Position numbers and translations under genes: made by a program. Below are positions 48,301 through 61,189 of a stretch of DNA of 64,000 bases, one piece after another. This DNA comes from Stegostoma tigrinum (Eukaryota): contig NC_081386.1 in assembly GCF_030684315.1 (NCBI RefSeq), positions 14,145,914 through 14,209,913 on the forward strand, written 5' to 3'. The stretch's first letter is position 1. Each line of letters opens with the position of its first letter. Below the pieces are notes generated by a model. The model made no database searches and was not told where the DNA came from. It saw nothing but the letters and a program-made list of their open reading frames with translations.

Positions 48301-51300
48301 TCAGGCCCTGGGAGGATTCTATCCATTAGGTCGAATTTACTGTCCCTTGGTGGTGGGTTTTGAGGCTGAGGACATTTAATGAGGTGGAAATTCAGCAGGT
48401 AGGCACTGCCCTCATTCCTCAGTGCTTGATCAAGGAACCAGACATCAGGAGGAGTAGGAGAGGAATGCTGATGAACACCCTTTTCTTCCAATTCTCCTGT
48501 ACCCCCAGTGACCCTCTTTCCCTCCAACACCCATTCCACATTACTCATCTGTGGCCTGTCCCCTCAATAATCCTTGTTCTCTGGTGGTGCATTACCGGTT
48601 GCTGCCACAGCTGCCAGTGGTGCTGATGAGCAGTGGAGAGTTACTGGCCTCTGACTTGGCAGACCAACACTGACCAGTTAAACCAGCAGGCCTTCCTCAA
48701 CTGAGATGACACAAGGTGTTGCCGTTTCTCCAGCTGGTGGGTCAGAGCTATGAATTCTACCCACAGAATAGCAACAGAGCCTATTGGTTTTCTTCAAAAA
48801 TTGTTTAAAGAACTTTGATATCTTCAAGAATAATTTGGTCACAATGGTGTGAAATTCTTGTCCATTTGCACAATACTCTCTTTTGTCATTGAACATTCCA
48901 AATTACAACGGCAACCAGTCTACATTCTATTTCTGCTGGTGAATATTGAGAAATATACATTTTCTTCATTATCATGAATTTTAAAACTATGGTTAGGACA
49001 GAGCACAACAGAGATCAGGAGAGAATAGCAATCAGGTGTTTTATCCCTTGCAATCCAATATCGCGTGAACATTCACTGTCATGGCTCACACTATTAACAG
49101 GCACTTGGATTGGATATTAGAAAGGATCACCGTTCATGAAACATTATTTTAATGAATCATCAATGGCCCAGATGTTGCAGCAGTATTAGCATCAAAACTT
49201 GCTGTCTATGTCCCACTGAACTGAATGTATGCAGAAAGAATGCAGAAATCCAGAAGTTGGTGTCATGCTTATACACTTCTCCAGATGTACCCTGCAGAAG
49301 CATCCCAGACTGCAATCAATAGGAAATGTACGAATTAACAAGAAGCATCCACGCTGTTAATCTCATAAAAATGATTTGGAGAGTCACACCTTGTTAAATG
49401 AGATGGATTTAAACAAATACATGGCCTCACTGGTCTGAAAAGCAGATCTTCTTTTTGTAAAATTTCTAATTTCTCCATTCGGGGCCACAAATTCCACACA
49501 TTTTAAAAATATTCATAACATTTTAGTTTAATCCAAACCTAATTGTTTGCTACATGATCTGAAATATTTAAATTAAAAGCAGAGTATTTAGAGCTTCTAA
49601 CTTGCAGGTTTGCCCTCTGTAAAAATGCTGCTAGCTTCTGTGTTGACAGCAATGTTGCAAATGGCTGGAAATCCCCTCAACTTGGCACCAACTTTAAACT
49701 CGTCTTGAGAAGGAAGAAACCAATATTATCAAGATCACTAGATCTCTGTAGGCAACTTTCAATAAGGTTCAACAGGTAGTGGTTTTGTGCTATCACAGGC
49801 CACAAAATCCACTGATAATACTTTCATGTTGAGGGCAGAAATATAAGGATATATGCAATGTTCATACTATGTGGTAAGAAGAATTTGGTTTATTTATTGG
49901 TCCTTAATATTATGACCTTATCTTATGCATTTACTGTATATTTTCCTGACACTAAATTCCTGTGAACTACAGGAATAGATCAGGTCATTGTAGTTACTTA
50001 CCAAAATCCTGACACAATCTTTACTCAAATAAAAGCAGTATATTAATTGGCGTCTTTGGTTTACTGCACTGTTCGTGCCCTCTTCATGGGTAAGTTGAGG
50101 CTGTTCTGAGTGAACTGTGCTTTATTCGTCACACTTTATTCATGATATCATGATTACATTTCTGGTGTCACAGTAGCATGCAGTTGACATCATAAAGCAA
50201 CAAAAATATGATTAGCACTTGGAATTCCAAAACAACGGGTATGCATATAAGACCTCATAGAAATACGTCCTTTAAGTCAGTAGATATAAAAGCAAGAACT
50301 CTATTTAAATAATTATTTTCATGTTGCAGAATCTATTAGAAACACTTTCAAAGTGTGTTCACTGGTGCAACATAGGAAACACAGCAGATTGTTTGCAGAC
50401 TGCAAGCTCCAACAAACAACAATGATAAAGGGACGACAGAGTACTGATAATTGGGTTATATTGATTGAAGAATAAATATTTGTTGGAATACAATTTCCAA
50501 GCATGTTACCAACTGAACTGATAAACGTGTATCTTGAGAAACCATTAGAGAGAGATATTTGGTTGTATGTAAGGTTGAAAGGTATTTCAAAGGAATAGGG
50601 TATTCCACAAGCATGGAGCTTGGTGAGGAGGCATGGGCTCTGTGAACTACCACAGTCAGTACAGTAATTGAACATGTACCGTTTGCTTCATTCTGCACCA
50701 CACCTTAGCCAACTGATCTAACTAACTTCCCACTTTTCCAACATAAGCCCTTCTTTATTTGTTTTGCATAGTGAAGGTTCCAATAACAGGAGTATGCATA
50801 GGAAGACATGAGTGAGGAGTCTGTGTGATCCTTAAGGCTATGATCTTAGATTCATTACATTTCCCAGTCCAAGGAAAACCTACTATGTGTTCAAAGTGGA
50901 AAGATTTTCTGTTACTGGACAAAAGAAACATTGTTGGAACCACTGGAATAATCCATCAACGTTTTGGTGACCTATATGATGCAACTCTACACTGAGGTTA
51001 GATTTGGCATAGATCTATTGTCATATTTAGAACATTGTGGACAACATTGTGGCCTTCACAGCTTTACGGATCTGTACAGTTATTTGCTGGCACTCTTCAA
51101 GAATGTTATTTAACAACACAACAGATTTTGAATAGGTCCAAATACAAGGTTACGGCATTGGACACAGTGCCATAGAGACTAAGGAAGTATCAATAATGTG
51201 AGTGAGAGATGGCAGAAAGAAACACGAAACATAATAACGAGTGTAGTAGCATCTAAAATATTTTAAAGTAGTCTTGAATAGGAAATAATGTTGAATGATA

Positions 51301-52199
51301 CAAAATTGAAGATCTACTTTTATAAACTAGTCTGAGTCTTACAGCACAAAAAGAGGTCCTTTGGGTCATCATGATGGTCTTAGATGGAAATCTTTATTTA
51401 AAGTCGAATTGTTGAAGGAATGTGGAAGTCTATTGACTACAAATTAGGTGCTATGTTTCGTGCATTACAGCAATGAGTATATTTGAAAAAAAGTTCTCAT
51501 TCACTCAGTGGAGGTGGTTGGGCTAGCATTAATCATCTATCCCTAGTTCCTCGTGAAAGGTGGTGGTCAGATTTTTTGAACCATTGCAGTCCTTGTTCTA
51601 TAGTTAGACCCCCAATGATGTGTGCCTGTGGAATTCTCTACTACAAAAAGCAAACTGAGGCCAAATTGTAGATTGTTTTTAAGATGGGAGTCAGTTACAG
51701 GTCTTGGAGATAAAGCGATCAAAGCATGTGGGGAAGAAGTTTGAACAGAAGAAGTGGAGCAGGAGACAATTCAGCCCCTTGAAGCTGCTCTGCCATTCAA
51801 TATGGCCATAGATAATCTCATAGCAGCCTCCACCTCAATTTTGCCTCTGCTTAGTACCAACAGGGCACTGAATGGAATGCTCAGCCTGCAGGCTGAAAGG
51901 GTCAAATGCTCCTATTTGTTTATGTTACAAAACGGAGTTCCAGAATTTGGAATCGCAATGCATTTTATTCAAATAAAAAAGTTCCAGAGCACTGTGTCCA
52001 CATCATTCATGAACATTTGCTGTAGTTGCAGCATTGCACAAGATGCAATGACAGAGCACCAGCACGTCCCCAACACCGTCCCCCGTACTCCACTAACACC
52101 GCACTGCGCATACTCCCCGGGAGCCGATGCTGATTGGTCCAGGTCAGCGCTGCGGCTACTGTCATTGGCGGGTCGCCGTCCTCGTGATGCGGCCGCCAG

Positions 52200-52218
52200 C
52201 CAATGGAGAGGCGCCACA
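52200..52218 (+). promoter_or_regulatory. ERSE-like element (NF-Y/ATF6)
   Basis: CCAAT-GGAGAGGCG-CCACA, i.e. CCAAT-N9-CCAC(G/A), about 140 bp upstream of the PDIA3 ATG. Confidence 0.7.
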
Positions 52219-52357
52219 CTCCGGCGAAGGGGGCGGGGTTGTTTTCCGCCGGGGCTCCGGCTCCTTCAGTTTGTCCGTGTCTGCCGATCAGAGGCCGGAG
52301 AGGAGGCCGTCACTCACTCTCGTACACAGAGACTCTCACCTCCCATCCTCGCTCGCT

Positions 52358-52491
52358 ATGATTCGCCTCCTGCTCCTCGCGTGCACTGTTGGCGCGGGCC
52401 TGGCCAGCGACGTCCTCGAGCTGACCGACGACGATTTCGAGGATCGGATCGGGGACCACGAGCTGATCCTGGTGGAGTTCTTCGCCCCCTG
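52358..52491 (+). CDS. PDIA3: PDIA3 (ERp57) exon 1: signal peptide and start of thioredoxin a domain
   Basis: MIRLLLLACTVGAGLASDVLELTDDDFEDRIGDHELILVEFFAP(W); donor TG|GTGAGG. Confidence 0.97.
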
Positions 52492-52659
52492 GTGAGGGTT
52501 CGGGTTGCTGCTGTCCTCGGGGAAACCGAGGTTCCGTCTGACTCCCATCCCCGCTCTTATTTTTATTCTGTTTTGTTCCGACGGCGCGGGTCGTGAATTG
52601 GTGGAACGAGAGAGTCCCGTCGTCGAAAGGTTCAGCCGTTGCGGACTTGTAGGCCTTAC

Positions 52660-52930
52660 CCCTTCGCCCTGTTCACTTCAATCGCTCCACGGACTGCAGC
52701 GAGGGGTCGCGACCCGCCCTCTAGCGAGTTCGAGTGGGAAGTGGGGGGCTGGGATTCGCTTTGCCGGTGAATCCTGCTACATTTACGGGGGCGGGTAGAA
52801 TTTCCCCACCCCCACTATTTTCGAAGGATAGTTCCGGCGCGTGCACGTCATCCTGGGATTTGTAGTTCCGCCGCGTCTGTGTCGGGCGGCTGGCGACGGT
52901 TCCCGGGACTACAATTCCCGTCGTGCCCCA
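52660..52930 (-). promoter_or_regulatory. Candidate CATSPER2 promoter and non-coding first exon inside PDIA3 intron 1
   Basis: Minus-strand donor GGG|GTAAGG at 52660/52659; TGACGTGC at 52850-52843; ACTACAAATCCCAGGATG (minus, about 52849-52866); ACTACAATTCCCGTCGTGCCCC (plus, about 52909-52929); minus-oriented CCAAT boxes further upstream. Confidence 0.5.
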
Positions 52931-55429
52931 GTGGCCACCCGCCGCAGCGGTTCAGACCGGAAACTATGGGCACGCGCCCCCGTGGCTCTAGCTGATTGGA
53001 TCCCGGGGGCAGGGTGGGCATCGTTGATTGGTTGATTGTTGGCCTGCCCCCAACCTGGGTGGGTGGAGACTGAGCCCCTGACAACGGGCGAAGGGCCACC
53101 GGACATTGAACACCACCTAATATACAAGGTGCTGAATGACATGAAATCTTAGGTCCTCTTTCCTAGCCGTGTCACTGGGCGACTGCCTGTTGTGGTTATT
53201 GTGCTGTGGTAATTGGCAAGTGGTTAGCATAACTCTTGTTCCTAGCAATTAAATTTAGATTTTTTTCACTTGTCTCCTGAAGAGTTTTGACTCCAGTCCA
53301 CTTGGTCCGCTATGTCTGGCTTGCATCCATTTGAATAATAGAAGTGTAGTCGTTGCTTGTCGCATAGCTAGCCAAGTGGATCTGTTGCAGAATTCCTTGT
53401 CCTGTGTTTTGTTAGCTATGTGTGAAGAAAATCTAAAGTTTTGACCCAGCAAAAATGATTGTTCCAAATGAATTGTGTGAACATGTTCTTGTGTTGCATA
53501 TTCTTTTATTCATTGTAATAGGAAAAGTGTGAGCCCAACCCAAATCTAGTGATTTAAAAACCCAAAGAACTGCAGATGCTGTAAATCAGGAATAAAAACA
53601 GAACTTGATGGAAAAGCTCAGCAGGTCTGGTAGCACCTGTGAAGAAAAAAAATCACTTAACGTTTTGGTTCCAGACCTGAAATGTTAGCTGACCTTTTTT
53701 TGTTTAAAGGTGCTGCCAAACAGCTGAGCCAAATCAAGTGACTTTCTGACCAATCTCCAAACTCCATTTTAAGTGATCAAAGCTTGGTTATACAAAAATA
53801 ACTTAGTTGTCCAGTTAATGGAAATGGATATTTTACAGAAATTGTGAAAACCTTACTATAACCCAGCTTGCTTGCTTTGTCATGTTGACCATCGTATAAA
53901 TTAAAAAGCACCAAGATTGTGATTTAATATCTGGATTATAAACATGAAGTAGCAAAACTCAATGTAGGTAAACTTCAGAAACCTAAGTACAAAGTTACCT
54001 GGACTACCAAGTATGCAACAACAATAGTCATGGCTGTCATTTTTCAGACAATTTTTGAATATAGTATGAATGATTTATCTTTTTTCTTTTGAATTAATCA
54101 ATACTCTGTTTTTGCACTTTCTCCCCCTCTCTGAGCAAGTTTTCAGATGTATTTTAATTTCCTTGACACACATCCTGCCCTAGTGCTGGTTGTGTCTTAT
54201 CTACTCGAGTACTACAACTCTCATGGAATGTTCTGATCAGTGTTAAAACAGCAAGCACACCTCCTGCCAAACTCTTTTTTTGCAATCTGACAAGGATTTG
54301 AGCAGTTGTCCTTTACATATTGTAGGTTCTTATTCCTGTCTCATTTGTGAAATCATGCGAGGAAAAGAATATGACTATGCAGATTGACTAAAGGGTCAGC
54401 CTATTATGTGGGAGTTTTGGAGCACAGTTTAACAGAACCTTCTGCTTGGCCTAGTGATTGCTGATAGTATAACGTTAGATGACCAAAACATTTTATTTAA
54501 ATTGTAGAATACTAACTTGAGACTGGAAGTTTCACTACCTTTCTTGCATATTCTGACTTTTGATTAAAGTTACTGCACACAACTCAAATTTTGTATTGAG
54601 TTGTCACTATTTGGTTATTTATTACGTGTACACCAGTCATTGATTTTAAAATCTTGTCATGATTTAAGTTATTCAACAAACTGTTCTCCTCCAGTAACAT
54701 GGGATGTGAACCTTAATTGTGAAATGCTATTAATACTGATGCCAAAGGATGTCATTTTAGGGTATGGATGAATTCCTAAAATGGTTTCTTTCTGTCTTGC
54801 ACTTTGTGTTAATACTGGATGCCAGAAGTGGGCACGTGTGAATACTGAACTTGTCAGTGGTTATTAACACATGTTTTAGAAGTCTGCCAGTGATGAGTTT
54901 CTTTTACAATACTCTTTCTGCTAATCCAAAGTATATTGGTGGATTTCTCACTGCATGTGATTTATGATTGAGCTTCTGTTACTCTGGCAGTGCAGTTTTG
55001 GAATAAATTGTGTTCCTAGTCATAACTTTAATTTACAAAAAACTGTGGCTGATTAGTAATATGAATTGAAAGATTGAAGATATCCTGGCACATCAGTGCC
55101 CTCACCCTTCCTTAGTCTCCTGTGTAATTCCAATGCATGACAGTTATGGATTCAGTGGACCATCTACATTTTGAACTGAATGTGAGCTGGTAAATTCCTA
55201 TCTCATGCACTCAGAGTTGGGTGATTCACAGGATTTGTAGTAATCAGGGAGCTAGCTGCCTGTGATTAACACTGCCTCTGTGCAGGATGCTGGGTGCTTG
55301 AATTCAGCAAGACGTAGTAGAATATTGATAATTAGAAATCTCCTCTTCCTAATTTCCCCTAGTTGAGAGTTAATAGCAGAAATAAATGGTAGTACTTGAG
55401 GAAGGTAGACACCATCAAATCAGCTACTC

Positions 55430-56050
55430 CTGTAATCCAGTTCTCCATCCTTTAATGACTTCTGTGCCTGAGCCTTGAACTGAACACTTTTTTTCTAGTT
55501 TCTCTCCTCTGTTTATCTCCATGTGACCTAGCTTCTGATCCCTCGAACCTGTTCCAATTAATCTGTTGACCACCTAACTTTGCTTTCCCTGTTCCCACGT
55601 CGGCCGATGATGTTAACAGTTCGCTGTCTTTAGGTATCTGTCCTTCCTCTAATTCTGCTGTTAGTATCCACCTTGTCAAAAAAGTCCCCTGACCCAACTG
55701 TCCTTGCAAACTGTCATCCCATCTTCATGCTCCTTTCCCTTAAATTCCCGAGTGTGTTATTGGCTGTAGATACCTATCCATCTTTCCCAGAGCACCATGT
55801 TTGAAACAGTCTATGATCCATTTCCTTGAGCAGTGGAAAGCTCTTGGAGCGTCACTTGCAATTTTTATATGAAAAATGTACTTCCCTGGCTTTCCTGGAC
55901 CTGTCTTGCAAATGATTGGCATGTTTGACCAGGCCATTGCCTGCCGGTGTTTCTGTACTTCTGTCATCCTGCTTGGAGTGGCTACACTCGCTTGGTTCTG
56001 TTTTCAGCTGTCTGTTTGTAGCTAGAGAATCATTCCCAGTGGCTGCCAGT
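55430..56050 (+). mobile_element. Decayed L2-like LINE RT fragment
   Basis: Scattered 'cccatc...tc', 'agatacctatccatctttccc' and 'tgctggttctg...ttttcagctg' pieces typical of L2 ORF2; no open frame. Confidence 0.4.
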
Positions 56051-57637
56051 ACCATTTGCCTTTGGTATACCCCCAGGAATCTATCCATGACCTGATTTTT
56101 TTTAAAAAATAAACTTCTCAGAATGGATTGCTAAGTCTAAGATATTTGATTCTCAGTAATCATAGCATTGCCAGTGATTGAAAACAGTGGAGAGTTGTAC
56201 AGAGTTACTTTCCTGCTAGGTATGAGTTCAGGTTTGTTACGTCATTGCCTGAGGTCAAGTTTGACTGCTTCCTAACAGGACAGTTTCTGGAAGCCAAAAG
56301 AAATAGAACAAATGTTGTAAAAGCTAAGGGCATTGAAGCAACTTTGTGTATCATTTTATTAATGGTGTTATGAGTATAGCTGAAAGACTAGTTCTCACTC
56401 CAGTTGGCATTAATTGTGAGCCACATTGAAATTTAATGTTGCAACTTTGGATGGGTTTGATTTCCTTGGGGGTTAATGTTATATTTGAAATGATTTGGCC
56501 ATGATAGCATAACCTTGCAAGTAAGAAGAGCTAAATTTTCTTCTGGCCTACCTTTTAGAATATACATGTTTTTGTTAACCTATAGCAGTTATGAGAGACA
56601 GCTATATTAAACATTAACCTTATTTTTAAAAACTCATAAATGTGCAGCCATGGGATTCTATGCATCACTGAAATTGGTTGTGGCATGTCCTGTAACTAAT
56701 TGAGCCAATGTGAGTAGGGGTGGGGAGTAGAGGAGGTAGAGGTAGAACTCCTATTTAAGTAATTTCAAGTCTAGTTGCTCATAATTTTTTTAACAGGCTG
56801 CAGGACAGACTGATTCGCAATTTGCTTAGAACACTAGAAACTAGAATCTGTAGTACAAGGCTCCCTGAAATGGGGATAGTGATTTCAGTTGGGGCCATGG
56901 GCGAACAATTTGGGATTGAAAGCTCTGAGGCAATAATGCCTGCCAAGGGACCTGTATGGTATAATAATTGTAACCATACTCCAACAGGAGTCCCGCTTTC
57001 CCAAACTCTCCTCTTCACTTGGATTGTGTCACTTTTCAAACCTTGAAATGGGGTCACTGGCTAGAAAAGACTTGGAGGACTGCTGGAGAATGGTGTAACG
57101 TGGACAGTAAGTCAGTCCATCAAGCCTGTGCTGATAAAGATCTGAAAAAAAAAACAGTAATATCAGACTTGAAATTCCAATGTTAGCCATCTTTCTGTCT
57201 CTACAGTTGCTGCCAGACCAGTTGTTTCACCAGCATATTTTGTTTTTATTTCAGTTGTCCCGCATCCACAATACTTTTACTATATAAGCCTGTGCTGATT
57301 CCTTACTGTCTGTACTGTCTCACTTTTAAGCAGTTGTTGAATTGCCAATTGTATTTAATATGAATTCTCTCAAGTGTGATATAAAATTTCCAATTCAGCC
57401 ACTTCGTATAGTAAAGTTCCTTTTGTGAATTACCTTACTGATGCTTTATAAATTAATAAGCTACCAATTTATAGATCCTTGGAAACCATTTGTTGTTGTT
57501 TACCTTTTCAAAACCCTCAGTTGTGGAGCCTTCCATCAGGTTGCTGTTTGTAATAACAATCCAGCCTAAATGAGTGCAATATTTGTATGATCTGCTTATA
57601 CATATCATGTTCTCTAATCACTGTTTACTATATGCAG

Positions 57638-57716
57638 GTGTGGCCACTGTAAACGGCTGGCCCCGGAATATGAAGCTGCTGCTACGCGGTTGAAAGGAAA
57701 AGTTCCTCTGGCGAAG
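57638..57716 (+). CDS. PDIA3: PDIA3 exon 2 (WCGHC active site)
   Basis: (W)[26 protein letters not shown]; 79 bp with AG/GT borders. Confidence 0.98.
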
Positions 57717-58535
57717 GTAAATTACTGAGAGTATATCTGCATGGAATGTGTAATAGCAACTCAGTATATTTTAATGGTTGCCAACTTTAAATCAAAATGT
57801 AATAAACCAGAAGCCTCCTATATAGCTGCAAGCATTTTACCAAAGCTTATTTTCTTCACTGTTATACAACTTTGTATTGGTAATCAGTAGTAATTACACA
57901 TGCATTTCCTTCAGGTTCTAATTTTGTTTGCTTGTGTAACCAGAGCGATGTATGCTAACTTATCTAAAGTTTATTGAATGCTATAACAGTGAATGAAATT
58001 GAAATTTAGCTATGCAATGCTGTAAAATGCTGAGATAACAAGGGCTGCATTCACCTAGTGTTGGTATATGACTGAAATCAAACACAATTGGAAATGAAAG
58101 TTGAATACTTTTGGCGTACCCAGCAGAGAATTAATTTCAAACCACAGTGTCAACTTGACTCACTCAATCTTTTTCAATCTTTAGCAAACGTAGACCACAT
58201 TTTGGCAGGAGGATAGGGAAACGTAAGGCCACTTAAAGTCAGGAAGAGATTGTAACTGCACTGAAACAGGATCACTTCAGTGACTGAGTAGTGATTTTGA
58301 CCTTGGAAGCTTGAATGATGAGCATTCAAGAAGGCAGCTCTATTTACCACCTTCTCAAGGACACTTAGGAAGACACAGTTAGCTAGCAATGCTCATGTCC
58401 TGTGAATGAATCAAATCAAAATACTACAGAACTTTGCTTGCAAGTTGGGTTCACTTTGAATACCAGACTCTTAATTTGTTCCCGAATTGTGCGTGTTCTG
58501 AGAAGTCTCATCTGTAGCCAGTCTTGCAATGGCTT

Positions 58536-60183
58536 CAGAGAGAATGGGAACTGTAGATGCTGGAGAATCCAAAATAACAAAAGTGTGGGGCTGGATGAGC
58601 ACTGCAGGCCAAACAGCATCTTAGGAACACGAAAGCTGATGTTTTGGGCCTAGACCCTTCATCAGAAAAGGGGGATGGGGAAAGTATTCTGAAATAAATA
58701 GGGGGAGAAGGGGAAGTGGACTGAAGATGGATAGAGAAGTGGAGAAGAGTGTATGGGTGTTGGGGGGGGGGGGGGGGGTGCGAGATAGGTCAAGGGGGAA
58801 GGATGAGGTTGGTAGGTAGGAAATGGAGGTGTGGCTTGAGGTGGGAGGAGGGGATAGGTGAGAGGAAGAACAAGTTAGGCAGGTGGGGATGAGCTGGGCT
58901 GGTTTTGGGATGCAGTGGGAGGGGGGGGGGGGGGGGGATATTTTGAAGCTTGTGAAATCCACATTGATACCATTGGGCTGCAGGGTTCCCAAGCAGACTG
59001 AGTTGAGTTGCTGTTCCTGCAATCTATGGGTGGCATCATTATGGCACTTCAACCCCCTGCCCCCCCCCCCCCCCAAAAAAAAAGAGACGGACACACAGAC
59101 ACACGTCAAGGAACGCCGTCAGCGTGTCTCCTGCATTTCCGGCACCTCACCCCACCCCCACAGTAACCACCAAAAGAGCTTCTCCCTCGTCCTCACGTTA
59201 CACCACCACACGCACACGCACACACACAAAAGCTCTGGATACGACGCATCATCCTCTGACACTTCCGCCATCTACAATCTGACCCCCACCACTAAAGACA
59301 TATATTTCCAACCCCACCCTCCTCTGCCTTCCAGAGAGACGACTCTCTTGTCCGTTCCACACTCCCCTCCAACCCCGCCACACCCTGCACTTCCCCTGCA
59401 ACTGCAGGAAGTGCTACACTTGCCCCCACACCACCACCTTCGCCCCCATCCCAGGCCCCAAGATGACTTTCCACATCAAGCAGATGTTCACCTGCACATC
59501 TGCCAATGTAGTATACTGCATCCGCTGTATCTGGTGTGACTTCCTCTACATTGGGGAAACCAAGCGGAGGCCTTGGGGACTGCTTTGCAGAACACCTCTG
59601 CTCGGTTCGCAGTAAACGGCTGCACCTCCCAGTCGCAAACCATGTCAACTCACCCTCCCATTCCTTAGATGACATGTCCATCCTGGGCCTCCTGCAGTGC
59701 CATAATGCTTCCACCCGTACGTTGCAGGAACAGCAACTCATATTCCGCTTGGGAACCCTGCAGCCCAATGGTCTCAAGTGGATTTCACCAGCTTCAAATT
59801 CTCCCCCTCCCCTTTCCCCCTGACACTGCATCCCAAAACCAACCCAGCTCATCCTCGCATGCCTAACCTGTTCTTTCTCTCACCTATCCTCTCCTCCCAC
59901 TTCAAGCCACACCTCCATTCTCTAACTACCAACCTCATCCTGCCCCCTTGACCTGTCCATCCTCCCCGGACTGACCTATCCCCTCCCTACCTCCCCATTC
60001 ATACTCTCCTCTCCACCTAGCTTCTCCTCTATCCATCTTCGGTCTGCCTCCCCTCTCTCCCTATCTATTTGAGAATCCACTCCCCATTGCCCTCTTCTGA
60101 TGAAGGATCTAGGCCCGAAACGTCAGCTTTCGTGTTCCCTAGATGCTGCTTGGTCTGCTGTGTTCATCCAGGCCCACACTTTA
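58536..60183 (+). mobile_element. 5'-truncated Penelope-like retroelement with GIY-YIG endonuclease remnant, 3' terminus and inverted 5' copy
   Basis: 'CNCRKCYTCP', 'FTCTSANVVYCIRC', 'LYIGETKR', 'FAEHL', 'EQQLIFRLGTLQPNGL' (about 59395-59780); hammerhead at 60097-60124; inverted copy at 58536-59050; degenerate TSD TCTTGCAATGGCTT / TCTTACAACGGCTT. Confidence 0.92.
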
Positions 60184-60654
60184 TCTTACAACGGCTTGCA
60201 TAGTTAGGTTGAGGTTTGTAGGATATGGTTGGGTTGGAGTTTAGTTGTATGCTCAAACAATTTTTACTCTTTGATTAATCCTGGAGTATTAGAACAGTGG
60301 AAATACAATATATGCAAGCTTAGATTAGTTCAATTTGATAAATGGTGAAAAAAGACAGATACAGTCATCTGATTAAGCAAATATCTAAGTTACAAGGTTG
60401 AATTATTTCTGTATGTTAATATCTATAAAGTTAGAAATAGCATAAACCTAGTGTTAAATCTGTTCAAAATTATACAGACAAAAATGAAAAATTGTAAATA
60501 CCCTATTGAAAATCATTGAAATTTTGCTTTCTTGCTTTTTGTTTTTGCCATTTCATTGTAACAACTGAGAAAAAGTGAGCTCTATGTAGCTTGTATTTTC
60601 TAAGTTGACTTCAGCTGCAGTACCGGTCTGATATTGTATTAACGTGTCAATCAG

Positions 60655-60772
60655 GTTGACTGCACTGCAAATACAAATACGTGCACCAAGTATGGAGTCA
60701 GTGGTTATCCAACTTTGAAGATATTCCGTGATGGTGAAGAGTCTGGCTCTTACGATGGTCCTAGAACAGCAG
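60655..60772 (+). CDS. PDIA3: PDIA3 exon 3
   Basis: [39 protein letters not shown]; 118 bp. Confidence 0.98.
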
Positions 60773-61189
60773 GTAAGAGTTAGCATGATTATTTTTCATT
60801 TGCAGCAATAATTTTACTGAGCAACTAATTGCACCACTCAGGTGGTTCAGATCACCATCTAAAATCTTACTGATTTCCCTTATTGATGAGTTCCTAATGC
60901 AATTCAGATTTGCCCATCAGGTGGCTCCTTAAGTTTGAGTTAGTTTTTGTACATAGCATCAAAGGTGACATGTAAACTTTGTATATTCACCTCGCTGTTT
61001 AATGTCGTGTCCACAGAATAATTTTCTAGTTTTGGTAACCTTTTAATGCAGCTCTGTCCTCAGCCTCTCTCATTTGTGTTCAAAGCAGCCTGACCATATC
61101 CGACCCACCCTAAAATTGTTACATGTGGTGTCTGCCAAAAATCTAGCTATGCATGACTCCATCCTTTTGTCATCCTGTGCCTTGCCATA

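Larger units (their letters stand above)
52050..53110. promoter_or_regulatory. CpG island and bidirectional promoter region of PDIA3 and CATSPER2
   Basis: Abrupt GC/CpG enrichment; CCAAT boxes near 52133, 52164, 52200, 52995 and 53026; GC box near 52229-52238; two ZNF143-type motifs. Confidence 0.9.

Noticed and set aside
51754-52596. 280-aa plus-strand ORF over the PDIA3 promoter
   Set aside because: Stop-poor CpG-island frame that starts in a CR1 remnant at a non-ATG codon; the real protein is in another frame (ATG at 52358)
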